IMG/VR virus record: IMGVR_UViG_3300025030_000011
Location: 4,680 to 68,679 of that record
From: a virus
Length of the DNA stretch: 64,000 nucleotides
Strand: one strand, 5' to 3'
Of the stretch, positions 38,679 through 49,006 are shown in pieces. The stretch's first letter is position 1. The number at the start of each line of letters is the position of its first letter. The position numbers and the translations under genes were made by a program. Below the pieces are notes generated by a model that was not told the DNA's origin, ran no database searches, and saw nothing but the letters and a program-made list of their open reading frames with translations.

Positions 38679-38936
38679 CTATATAGACCTAGACCTAGAC
38701 CTAGATATAGGCCTAGACCCAGACCCAGACCCAGACCTAGACCTAGACCTAGACCTAGACCTAGATATAAACCTAGACCCAGACCCAGACCTAGACATAG
38801 ACATAGACCCAAAGCTAAACCTAGACCTAAACCCAGACCTAGACCTAGACCTAGACATAGACCTAGACCCACACCTAGACCTAGACCAAGATCTAGACAT
38901 AGACACATTATTTAATATATGTAATGGTATTAACAT
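38679..38936 (-). CDS. Ser-X repeat microprotein copy 4 (85 aa)
   Basis: GGAG RBS; MLIPLHILNNV leader. Confidence 0.65.
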   Translation of the reverse strand: MLIPLHILNNVSMSRSWSRSRCGSRSMSRSRSRSGFRSRFSFGSMSMSRSGSGSRFISRSRSRSRSRSGSGSGSRPISRSRSRSI

Positions 38937-39111
38937 AGCTTTATGCTCCAATTATTGTTAATTATGAAAACCCCTTGGAATATCCCACGGTTTACATTAT
39001 AGGATTTTTCATTTTGTTTATCTCCTTTTAAATAGATAATGCAATATTGCTAGGATGATTAATATTAATATGTATTTCATTTTGCTTACCTCCTGAAGTT
39101 TCCCTGTTTAA

Positions 39112-40245
39112 TCATGTAAAGCTATGCATTTTTACTAATTCGCCCCAAGGGACAGTTCTTCTTGTGTTTTCAGTAGCTACCCAAAGAACTGGAAAATCAG
39201 GTTCATCCCCAAAACTGTCACATTCCAAATCCGTGAGATATACACCACAACATGGTAAATCTTCTTGCTTCATGCTCCATGCTATTGCTGGGGCAAAGTC
39301 AGTACCACCACCTCCTTTTGCATTCAATTTAACCGGTCTATTTTCGCTTGTAAACTCTTCAACATTAGTCACCCTTGTATCACAGTAAATCACCCTTGCT
39401 GTTGTGTTGTACTGCGTCAAAATGTCGTCAATTTCACTTGCAAACTGTTTTAAATCTTCTTGGTTAACACTCCCAGACGTATCAACATAAATATCAAGTG
39501 GTGGCATTTCATGATTATACAATGAAGGAAGGATAAAACCAGTCCCCATATATCTTGTGTTAGGGCGTTTCCACGTATAGTCATTTCTTGCTACTTGTTC
39601 CACAAAACGGTGTAAAGCCTCTCTCCAATTTACTTTTGATTCATTCAAATCTGATATTAATCTTGCAAGACTAGCAGGCAATTTCCCGCAAGCTTTAGCT
39701 TGATTTGCTGCTTGTGTTGCTGCTATTTGCCATTCCTGCTGTTGCAGTTCCTTTTCAGATTGACTTGCTTCTTCTGTTGTTTCGTCATTTCCTGTATAGT
39801 CTAGAACCTCTCCAGGAAGCGGCTTATTATCTTGTTGCTGTTGTTTCTGATACAAAATGTTATATACTTCGTCTGTTGTTTTCCCCAGAAAATCTTTATT
39901 ATACAAATACTCTCCCGGCAAAACAAAACCAACATCAAGCAAAATAGGATTAATCACATAATCAGCAGCTTGATTATAAATTTTTGCATCTCTGTTGCCT
40001 CTATTTACATGATGCCCAAACACACAGTGTAAAACCTCATGAGCATTCAATGCTTTTGTTTCGTCTAATGTGCATTTTTCGATGAAATCAGCATTGTAAA
40101 TCAGCTTTATTCCATTCGTCGCAATTGTTTTGCATAGTTCATTATTTTCTTCGATTTGCAGTTTTAATGCAAGTGTTGCAAAAAATGATTCCTCTAAAAT
40201 TAATGCTGAACGTGCTTTGACAATTTTCTTTAATATTTCATTCAT
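39112..40245 (-). CDS. Metallopeptidase-VWA protein (DUF2201-like)
   Basis: HEVLH HEXXH; VDTSGS MIDAS; GGGGTDF; YLTD. Confidence 0.85.
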   Translation of the reverse strand: MNEILKKIVKARSALILEESFFATLALKLQIEENNELCKTIATNGIKLIYNADFIEKCTLDETKALNAHEVLHCVFGHHVNRGNRDAKIYNQAADYVINPILLDVGFVLPGEYLYNKDFLGKTTDEVYNILYQKQQQQDNKPLPGEVLDYTGNDETTEEASQSEKELQQQEWQIAATQAANQAKACGKLPASLARLISDLNESKVNWREALHRFVEQVARNDYTWKRPNTRYMGTGFILPSLYNHEMPPLDIYVDTSGSVNQEDLKQFASEIDDILTQYNTTARVIYCDTRVTNVEEFTSENRPVKLNAKGGGGTDFAPAIAWSMKQEDLPCCGVYLTDLECDSFGDEPDFPVLWVATENTRRTVPWGELVKMHSFT

Positions 40246-40714
40246 TTTATCCCTCCATTGAATTATAAAGATATGATTCTTTAAATGTTGGTTTTCTTGT
40301 AATTTCAATAAGTAAAAAATTAGCTTCAATCCATTCAGGATACCAATATTCTGACGCGCTTTTTGTATTGTAATTTTCTATTTTAATAATCATGGCTTTA
40401 TACCTCCTTTTTATTGGTTTGATACTTCTATAATTTGCTATAACCTATAATCAGACTATAGCAAACTAACAAATATCAATTCCAGACTTTTTTAATAAAG
40501 CGACCTGTGGCATATCGCTTGACAATAAACTTTGTTCCACCTCTTGCATAAATATAAATCATACCAATTTTATCATTGTCAATTGCAGATTGTACTTTGT
40601 TGAGTGTCGCTTTATTCCCATGTTGTTTGACAAGCTTTTTCAGTTCCAGAAAAGTAATCGCAGTTTCCATTTTAAATCCTCCTTTAATACATTAAAAGGT
40701 TTATTAAGTGACTT

Positions 40715-41596
40715 CTACCCCATGAAACCAGACATTTGGTCTAAAATCTTTTGCGCTTGTTTTGCCGCCTCTTTCCTTTCTTTTTTATTATCCCGTAAAT
40801 CTTGGGGATTTAAATCACAGATTTTAACCTCAATCTCCTTTCGCATTTCTTCCAATTTTATATCATCCGTTAAATTCAGTTTTGGCAGCATTTCGACTAA
40901 TTCCATTACATTACCTATCAAACTGTTACGAAAAATAGCATCAGGCTCTTTTAACTTTTCTACAACAGCATTTATTTTATCATAGAGGCGCTGCCAAACG
41001 TCCTGCATAGCATTATTTATCGCCTCTTGTATCCTTGTGTTATTTTGCGCTTGCAAGTTTTCCAATTCTTCCTTTTGGAGTGCCATACGGAAATCTTGTG
41101 AGATAGGAAGCGGGATAACATTTGTGTCAAAATAAAACTTGTGCCGGAGTGACGACAAAACGGGATAATCATTTTCCTTGTACATTTTACCTAGCTCTTT
41201 TTGCGCCTTGATTTTGTGGTTTTCATATTCCTTCAAAAAGTCGTCTACATTGTTTTGTACTATGCTTTTAAACTTCCTCATTCCTTCCGTATAGTCCAGA
41301 TAATTCATACTTGTTAGTATTCTATATCCATCATCCGTCCACGGAAGGGTTTGGGAATAATGAAAAATTCTTGCTTGTGCAATTGCACTAGATATAGCTT
41401 TTAATGCCTCTTTAGCAACAATTGATTTGTAATATGTCCCACTTCCTGGGAGTGCTTCAAAATCGGTTTGGGCCTGATTTGATACTTCTTTATCTTGTTT
41501 TCTACCTATCCATTGGCCAATATTCAATGACACTAGCATTGCTTTTTCTGCTAGTTCATTATGTCCAGTTGCTTGTTTCATATTTGATTTAACCAT
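40715..41596 (-). CDS. Conserved phage protein of the AAA/VWA module (DUF3150-like)
   Basis: TLPW.D.G.R, DYP, FRNSL.....N motifs; context. Confidence 0.55.
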   Translation of the reverse strand: MVKSNMKQATGHNELAEKAMLVSLNIGQWIGRKQDKEVSNQAQTDFEALPGSGTYYKSIVAKEALKAISSAIAQARIFHYSQTLPWTDDGYRILTSMNYLDYTEGMRKFKSIVQNNVDDFLKEYENHKIKAQKELGKMYKENDYPVLSSLRHKFYFDTNVIPLPISQDFRMALQKEELENLQAQNNTRIQEAINNAMQDVWQRLYDKINAVVEKLKEPDAIFRNSLIGNVMELVEMLPKLNLTDDIKLEEMRKEIEVKICDLNPQDLRDNKKERKEAAKQAQKILDQMSGFMG

Positions 41597-41627
41597 GATT
41601 TTATATCCTCCCCTTTATAGTTTTATT

Positions 41628-41867
41628 TCATTCCCTGTAATCGTTATATATTTCTATTGTATCAGTATGTATAACAATTTGACCATATTCTGATATAAAA
41701 TTTTGCAATTGTTCAAGTGTATTTATTTCAATTTCAGGCAATAAATCATCATTTACAAAAATTTCTCCATCTTCATCTTCATCAAAGATAAAACCAAGTT
41801 TATGATATTTTTTTATTTCTTCCATATTTGTGAATAAAGTTTTACACATAATTAATTTGTATTTCAT
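41628..41867 (-). CDS. Hypothetical acidic protein
   Basis: C-terminal IEIYNDYRE; RBS. Confidence 0.55.
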   Translation of the reverse strand: MKYKLIMCKTLFTNMEEIKKYHKLGFIFDEDEDGEIFVNDDLLPEIEINTLEQLQNFISEYGQIVIHTDTIEIYNDYRE

Positions 41868-41906
41868 GACTTTGTTCTCCTTTTATTTGAGATAGTTTAA
41901 ATCAGT

Positions 41907-42887
41907 TTAAATCAATGTATCTTGATGTTTTGCACTCCAGGCAATAAATGCTTTAGTATTGCAGATTGTTTGATTTTGCTTGACCGAATCCCGTATCATC
42001 AAAACTTGGAATTCTGGAGGCATTCTATCAGTGAATTTTAGTATACGCTCTATTGTGTTTTGACTTGCCTTGCGTGCAAGTCCCAAAGATAATGCATATA
42101 TAACTGCCGGTTGTGTTGGCATTTCAATAGAATCTGGATTCAACAGTATTGCATCGATGCTGGGAAGTTTTGTGTATATCTGCATGAAACCTATAAACTC
42201 CGCCGCATAACCTTCACCAACAGCCCCTTTATAAGTTTCAAGTTGTAGATGTGCTGGGATATTCATACCCATTAAAGCTCCCAGACTTTCAACAGTTCTG
42301 GGACAAGGATTATTTACTAGATCGGCTGTGGGGTTGCCGGAATACATCAAACCCGGCCGGAACTTATTGAATGCTACCAATTCGACAGGTAAATTATCAA
42401 GCGCCCATGTATCAATCCAGTCCTCCATATCAAAGGCGACATGTATAATACTGTCGAATCTTGACTTGATAGGTTCAAGCAATCCAGATACCCCGGCCCG
42501 GTCTTCACGCCGATTTGTCGCACCTATTACAACTACATTTTTATTGTCCTTTACCCTATCTAGGAATGACATTTGAGCCGCTTGCACTGCCGGAGCACCT
42601 TGTCCAATATCATCAGCAAAAACAATATGCAGTTTATCAGCATTAAAAATACGTTCTAACTCCCCAAAAGGTTTTATTTCCGGTTTACCGTCAATGATAC
42701 ATGGCAAACCTTTGAAATCTGTTGGATCACTGATAGAACCGTAAATCACGGTCAAATCAGCATTCAGTTCTTTTTGTACTTCCTTCACAATTGCTGTTTT
42801 GCCAATACCTGGGGGGCCAACAAGCAATACACGACGACTAGCGTTTATACAGGCTGTTAAAATTGTTTTACAATCTGAAATTTTCAA
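41907..42887 (-). CDS. MoxR-like AAA+ ATPase
   Basis: GPPGIGKT, FADD, ATNR, SRF, PR motifs. Confidence 0.85.
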   Translation of the reverse strand: MKISDCKTILTACINASRRVLLVGPPGIGKTAIVKEVQKELNADLTVIYGSISDPTDFKGLPCIIDGKPEIKPFGELERIFNADKLHIVFADDIGQGAPAVQAAQMSFLDRVKDNKNVVVIGATNRREDRAGVSGLLEPIKSRFDSIIHVAFDMEDWIDTWALDNLPVELVAFNKFRPGLMYSGNPTADLVNNPCPRTVESLGALMGMNIPAHLQLETYKGAVGEGYAAEFIGFMQIYTKLPSIDAILLNPDSIEMPTQPAVIYALSLGLARKASQNTIERILKFTDRMPPEFQVLMIRDSVKQNQTICNTKAFIAWSAKHQDTLI

Positions 42888-43030
42888 GACACACCTCCAA
42901 ATTTAAGTTTTAAGCCGTTGTTTTAGCAATCGGCTATATACTGCTATTACTTTTTGATTTAATAGCCTTGACGGATAAACCAGATACATACAATGATACA
43001 AATTAAACCACCTATTGACATAAACATGTT

Positions 43031-43291
43031 TTAAACCTCCTTAGATTTAATATATAGAGCATCCCAAATACCTTCTAACATATAATACATTTCTTTTGCT
43101 GTTAATCTGTTATTTATTTCTCTAACAATATATCCACTACAATTATCAAGAAAATATCCACCAATATTCCATTCCCAGCCTTTTGCATTTCCTACATCTC
43201 TAAACTGCCCAAACGGTTTGTTCAACAGAGTGCAAATTAAAGCTAGTTTTTTGTTTAGCATTTCTTTAGTTATACGATATGCCATAACCAT
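43031..43291 (-). CDS. Hypothetical early protein
   Basis: AGGAG RBS. Confidence 0.5.
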   Translation of the reverse strand: MVMAYRITKEMLNKKLALICTLLNKPFGQFRDVGNAKGWEWNIGGYFLDNCSGYIVREINNRLTAKEMYYMLEGIWDALYIKSKEV

Positions 43292-43372
43292 CTCCTTTTA
43301 TTTGGGGTTTGTTGTTTCTATCGAATGCCTGAAACCTCATAAATACCAGGCATTCTAACAAGCAACAAACAT

Positions 43373-44068
43373 TTATTTAACAATGTGGTACTTTCCTTTA
43401 TCATCTTTAGTGATAAATCCTGTCAATAGAAGTAGTGGGATGCTGGAACTTGTGACAGTATTAACAAATGATTTTCCAGCGTCCCCACTTGTTTTATTTT
43501 CATGTTTCATAAATAAATCTTGGGCACGCTCTATGATTTCCTTTTGAGTACCACCCTTTTTCAATGCATCTACTAATGCATGACTTCTGGAGTATTTATC
43601 TTTTTTGACAGGTTTCACTTTTGCTGCCAGCTTGTCTTTTGCCGCTTGCTTTTCTTTGCTTATAACTTTTTCTTGCTTTACAGGTTTGCTTGCCACTGGT
43701 TTTACTGCATCAGGCTTGCTGGTTTTACCTGTAATGGGTTTTATTTCTTGTCTTCTGTCGTTACCTGCCCTTTTATCCGTAACAGCTTTGGCAGGCTTTA
43801 CAGGGGTTTTCTTTACGTCTGTTTTCTTTGTTGCCGGTTTCACGGTTTCTGCTTTAACGGGTTTTACTGTTTTTGAAGGAATAGCGGGATTTGTTTTTTT
43901 ACCTTTTGCTGTGGTTGTCTTTTCCATGGTTTCATTCTCCTTTTTGATTTTAGTGTGTAGTTTCTCAATTTCTAATTCTGTCATTTCCCCAAGTTCAAGT
44001 TTTGCATTTACTTCTGTCATGCCGTTTAATACAAAATGCTGATAAACCATTTCTTGGATTTTGTTCAT
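43373..44068 (-). CDS. Lys/Pro/Ala-rich basic protein (histone H1-like low complexity)
   Basis: KPVK/KPAK repeats; alternative RBS start at MEKTTT. Confidence 0.6.
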   Translation of the reverse strand: MNKIQEMVYQHFVLNGMTEVNAKLELGEMTELEIEKLHTKIKKENETMEKTTTAKGKKTNPAIPSKTVKPVKAETVKPATKKTDVKKTPVKPAKAVTDKRAGNDRRQEIKPITGKTSKPDAVKPVASKPVKQEKVISKEKQAAKDKLAAKVKPVKKDKYSRSHALVDALKKGGTQKEIIERAQDLFMKHENKTSGDAGKSFVNTVTSSSIPLLLLTGFITKDDKGKYHIVK

Positions 44069-44187
44069 TGCTCCCCCTTCCTTTTAGAGTGACTTCCTTA
44101 CGTTGCTTGCCAGCCGGATCGTCTCTTTACTGCGTCCAGTTTCAACCTGTTTTTTATTCATCTGGTTTGTTCCTCCTTCCTTTAAAT

Positions 44188-45646
44188 TTACACTTTGTTT
44201 GAATAGTAACATTCCAAAAAAGCATATATTTCTGAATCCCTACATTCGTCACACAACGACGATGAAAAATTATTAGGTTTTAGCTTGCATAATAACCGAT
44301 AACCTCTTGACGATTGCCCAGAATGGTAATCCATGAGAAATACCGCTAATTCAAAATAATCTTTCTTATATATTTTTTGCATGGTTATGCCCCCTTTTTT
44401 ATTTAAGTACTCTTTACGGCATACAAAACATTTAAGGTTGTATATATTCACATTTTAAAAAAATTGACTCTCCTTTTGCATGTAATCGTGCTTTTTCTTC
44501 AGATTTAAATCCACTTTTATGCAAATCAATAATTACCCCGCAATTACTACAATCAACATTATTTGATTGTATAACTATTGTTGGATAATACCGCCCTTTA
44601 AAAACCCTATACGATGTATGTATTTTATGCATTTTGATTTCCCCTTTAAACTCCCCGTCAATATTCCGGCCCCTAGGTCCTGTTTGAGATTTGAGCGTTT
44701 GCCGCTCGATGTTTATTGATAGTAGCAATCATTTTGATTTATTGCCACAATATTTTGACCACCAAAGTGATTATCAACAAAAATTTCAATATCACCAAAC
44801 TCATTAATACCGCGGAAATTGTATTGCTCTCCGGTATACAATAGTTGTTGGCCGTTTCTCCCATAACCTATACAATCGTTAATGATGATAATTACCCGAG
44901 TAATGCCGTGATTTGCTAATGTTGTTATTAATTGTTGTTTTGTCATTGTGTTACCTCCTCAAAGCGTAAATAAAATTTATTCAAATTAAGTTGTTTTGCT
45001 GCATTCTTTTCATCAATTGCATTTACCTCGGCAATAAAAGAACCTCTTTTTTCTTGAGTGTTACAGGAATTATTAAAAAACACTCTATAGGTTTTCATTT
45101 TAATTACCTCCCAAAGCTTTGATTAGTTGCATACCTTCATTTGTTTGTATTGCTCTGCTAACACCCTTTAAGAAATCAGAATCTTTTTTGTAAAGGTAAT
45201 CAATTGTTTGTTGCTTAACAAAAATGCCTTTTTCTTTTAGTGCATTTACTATGCTGTCAATAATAATGTTTTTCCTCATTTGTATTACCTCCCTTTTAGT
45301 TAGTTGTTTATAATGCTTTTATGACACTTGTTGACATTTCCGAAAAAACTTCACTGTTGATATTTGTTTTACTTGCTTCAATCATCATATTATAATCAGT
45401 TAGGCATTTATAATGACAATTGACAATAAATGTGTATGTGTAGATTCTGTTTTCGATTTCTTCAATCTTAATTTCTTTGTCATAAATCGCTTGTGATTCT
45501 TTGTCATAAATCGTAAAAAATACAGTATTTTTATTTTTTTGATTTAATGTAATAAATTGACCTGTTTCAAAACTCCTGATAAAATAATTTTCTTTTTCAA
45601 CAAAATATAAATCAATTGCTTTAATAATTAATTTTTGACTTTTCAT
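44188..45646 (-). CDS. Cluster of small early hypothetical ORFs
   Basis: Several short ORFs preceded by GGAGG/GAGGT RBSs. Confidence 0.45.
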
Positions 45647-46435
45647 TTTCCCACCTCATTAACACCGTATTGTGTAGCTATCTGCTTTGATTGCTTGTAA
45701 TTGTCACACGGTATTGCATTAATTAATTTGTTATTTTCATAAATATAAAGCATACCGCACGTGCCTAATGTTTTAAATTTAGCATTCATAATAATCTCCT
45801 TTTTTGCGCAGGGTGCTAAACATCTTAATATCTATAATACTAGTTATAATTTAGATTGCAACAAAAATCATATATAAAATAAGAATAGTTTGAAAATAAA
45901 TAAAATATATTCGGCATGAAATTTGCCCTCCAAAACTATACCCCGCAAACCTAGTATCCATGCGCCCCAAATCCTAACAGGTTCATAGACGCTATAAAAC
46001 AAAGTAACTAATACACGTGTCAACCCCCAACATTAGAACGTCATATAAAGCGAATTTGGAAGCCTAAACATATAATGCAACAATACCTATCAACCTATAT
46101 TCAAAACTCTTCATATAAACAAGCAATTAATGTGAAATATATAATCATATAAACTATACAAAATAAATACCCTTTTCCCCACTCAACAATAAAAGCTTAT
46201 ATCTGAAATAAATAACACCAAAGCCCTGATACAATCCCCAAACCTAATAAGAAATAGAAACAATAAAGAATAAATAACAGCATCCTCCAGAAACAACAAA
46301 TAAGAATAGTCAAGATATAGATAGAAACAATTGTAGATCAATAGAACAAACCCAAACGGATTGTATGACTATCAACAGAGTAACAGAGCATAGAACAGGG
46401 ATATATAAACAGAGAGTGTAGAGTATATCAGTTAC

Positions 46436-46487
46436 CCTAAAACCTAAAACCTAAAACAACCTAAAACCTAAAACCTAAAACCTAAAA
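46436..46487 (+). repeat. (CCTAAAA)x7 heptamer tandem repeat
   Basis: Three copies, a CAA interruption, then four copies. Confidence 0.9.
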
Positions 46488-47022
46488 TATGCTTACCTCT
46501 CCCTAACACGTCCCCAGACCTGATATGTATATGTGCATAAATAGAGCCGATCAAGCAACACCTACTATATATAGTATTAGCATTCATCCGGTTAACTCTC
46601 CCCAGACACACTACATATAGAACTATGCAATAAATAAAGGGTTTTTGTGCTCATAAGGACTATTATGACAAGTACGTTCCCAAAGTATTGTATTTACGAT
46701 TGTTTTCTACGTGTAATAAAAGGGGGTTTGTTATGCAAGGTTTATGGCCCAAAGCTATCAGAAAAGGCTGGAAATTCCGACGGGGGTAGGGCTGTTGATA
46801 ACTAGGTGGGGTTACAATACTCACGTTACAAAATAAACTTAATCTAAAATCAAACTTCCAAAATATTTCCAAATAAAATTTATACCTTTGTATATAGTGT
46901 TAGTATTCATACGTTGTACTATGAAGTTATTTTGAAAATGGAGGTTCAAAATATTTCCAGAAAAAATTTATATAGGTTTTGTTTTATTTATAAGGGTTGT
47001 TTGGTATTTATTTAAACTCTTA

Positions 47023-47051
47023 TTGACATTCATTTTTAGATATTGTAGTTT
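47023..47051 (+). promoter_or_regulatory. Sigma70-type rightward promoter
   Basis: TTGACA-17-TAGTTT. Confidence 0.6.
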
Positions 47052-47138
47052 ATCAATCGTATGAGTGTACTACGGTTTAGGCGATTTTGCCCCGGCGAGT
47101 TGTAGTAGGTTCATACGATATTACTTTTGGGAGGATTT

Positions 47139-47363
47139 ATGAAGCACAAGCAAAGTTCTATCCAATTTAAAAAAGCTATGTTAAATGTTGGGTTAGATAG
47201 AAAGAAATTAGTAAGTTTAAGCGGATTGTCTATCTACACAATTAGAGATTGGGAATTAGGGGTACATAAACCTAAAGATTGGGTTTATAAGTTTTTGGAG
47301 TTGTATGACAAGTTACAAGAAGTCAAAAAATTTGTGGGGAGATATGAAAGGAGGATTGAATGA
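47139..47363 (+). CDS. XRE-family HTH regulator
   Basis: GLSIYTIRDWELG..KP; GGAGG RBS. Confidence 0.7.
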   Translation: MKHKQSSIQFKKAMLNVGLDRKKLVSLSGLSIYTIRDWELGVHKPKDWVYKFLELYDKLQEVKKFVGRYERRIE

Positions 47364-47503
47364 AGATTGATTTGGTAATACACATTTTGCGTAACCCATT
47401 TAAGTACAGTGACGATGTAGTGAAGGAAGCAAGGTTGTTTGCTGCGGATAAGTTAGAAGGACTCCAAAAGCTAATTAAACAGTTTGGAAAGGAGGATTAA
47501 AAA

Positions 47504-47959
47504 ATGAAAGCTGTATTTCAAACAGTAGTAGACAAAGGGAAGGGTAATTGTGAACAAGCAAATATAGCATCGTTGTTTGATTTGGAATTAAGTCAAGTCC
47601 CAAATTTTATTTTGTATCCTGCTACAAAAGAATTACATTGGTGGAATGTATTTTATTATTTTATATACGGTCTGGGGTATGAAGTTAAAGGTTCAGGCTA
47701 CCCAGACGCAGAATTGAAATGTTACTGTAAAGATTTGTCAGATCAACCTACAGTGAACGGTTGTATTGCAGCTAGTGTTAAATCCAGAACTTTTGAAGGT
47801 GGGAGTCATGCTGTTATTATAAATACAACGGGGACAGTGATACACGACCCTAACCCAAATCAAAAGTTTTTGGGAGTAAATGTAATAGAAACAAAAGAAT
47901 TGTCACACTGGTATTTAATAGAAAAAATAGAGGTTATACAAAATGAAAATACTAGATAA
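47504..47959 (+). CDS. Hypothetical protein, possible papain-like fold
   Basis: GNC..A.IAS, HAVI, HDP. Confidence 0.5.
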   Translation: MKAVFQTVVDKGKGNCEQANIASLFDLELSQVPNFILYPATKELHWWNVFYYFIYGLGYEVKGSGYPDAELKCYCKDLSDQPTVNGCIAASVKSRTFEGGSHAVIINTTGTVIHDPNPNQKFLGVNVIETKELSHWYLIEKIEVIQNENTR

Positions 47960-48149
47960 TTGGACAAGAGATAATAACAAACCTTTGTTGTCTGAAATAG
48001 CAATAAATTGTAGTTGCCCTTGTTGCGGGAATTTACTATGTAGATATGATAACCCAGAAAAACATATGATTTGTCGATATACAAGATGCAACTTGTTCGG
48101 AAAGAAATTTAAGATACCTACAATAGTCTTGGAAGAAATACAAAACTAG
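47943..48149 (+). CDS. Small Cys-rich protein
   Basis: CPCC...C....C. Confidence 0.45.
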   Translation: MKILDNWTRDNNKPLLSEIAINCSCPCCGNLLCRYDNPEKHMICRYTRCNLFGKKFKIPTIVLEEIQN

Positions 48150-48160
48150 GAGTAAATAAA

Positions 48161-49006
48161 ATGGGGCGTACTACAGGAAATAAAATAAAGAAGAGAGAAT
48201 TTCCAAAAATTATAAAAAAGAGTTTAGAGTTCCAAAAAACTATTGACCTGAATAAAGATAAACCTATGCGTGGGGCACATCCAATGGCCCAAAGAAGGAT
48301 AGACTTGGGGTTGCCTACAAGGGTTGAAGAAAGAAAGAAGAAATTGGGGTTATCCCCAGAACCTATTTATGATGGGCTTAGATTTCCACACATAGGTTAC
48401 ACACTAAGCAAGGAGTACGGATTCACTCAAGCACAATTGGCCCAAGTTTTTGATGTAAAGCTGAATACAGTAGAAGTTTGGATGATTAAACACAAAGAAT
48501 TTGCAATGATGGTGAGAAAGGGGAGAGATGAATATGACGGTGCTAATGTAGAGAATGCATTATTGAAAAAATGTTTAGGGTATACCTTTGAAGAAAAATC
48601 AATAAAGAGAATAAAGATAAAAGGTAAAACAGCAGAAGGTTTAGAAGTATCTGTACCGGCCACAGAGATTGTTATGACAACTAAGCATATGTCTCCTGAT
48701 ACAAAAGCAATTATGTTTTGGTTGCAGAATAGAAATAGTGCTCGTTGGAAAAACATGACTTATATAAAAGCTGATATTGAACAGCATACAAGTCATGTAG
48801 AAGTGAATGCAGACATTACCAATATGAAATCAGAAGACATAAGAGCATTACGTGACATAATCGTAGCACAACAGCAGAAAGCGATTCCAGAGGAATGTGA
48901 GAGGGTTACGAATGCGGATTTAGACACTATGCTAGATAAGGCAAGAGGGGTTAGAGCTATAGAGGATGCTATCATAGTACCACAAATTGATTATAAGGAG
49001 GTATAA
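48161..49006 (+). CDS. terS: Terminase small subunit-like HTH protein
   Basis: W...H.EF..., VENALLKK..GY, PDT.A..FWL.NR. Confidence 0.7.
   Translation: MGRTTGNKIKKREFPKIIKKSLEFQKTIDLNKDKPMRGAHPMAQRRIDLGLPTRVEERKKKLGLSPEPIYDGLRFPHIGYTLSKEYGFTQAQLAQVFDVKLNTVEVWMIKHKEFAMMVRKGRDEYDGANVENALLKKCLGYTFEEKSIKRIKIKGKTAEGLEVSVPATEIVMTTKHMSPDTKAIMFWLQNRNSARWKNMTYIKADIEQHTSHVEVNADITNMKSEDIRALRDIIVAQQQKAIPEECERVTNADLDTMLDKARGVRAIEDAIIVPQIDYKEV

Noticed and set aside
34735-38905. Hexamer arrays as a CRISPR array or DGR variable repeats
   Set aside because: No repeat-spacer structure, no cas or reverse transcriptase gene, and no template/variable repeat pair identified
35872-38961. (DL)n ORFs on + and (GL)n ORFs on - over the hexamer arrays
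   Set aside because: These are alternate frames of the same repeat; only the Ser-X frame has an RBS or coupling and a conserved leader in all four copies
46436-46487. TTTTAGG repeat as a true eukaryotic telomere or contamination
   Set aside because: Only seven copies, internal, flanked by phage sequence
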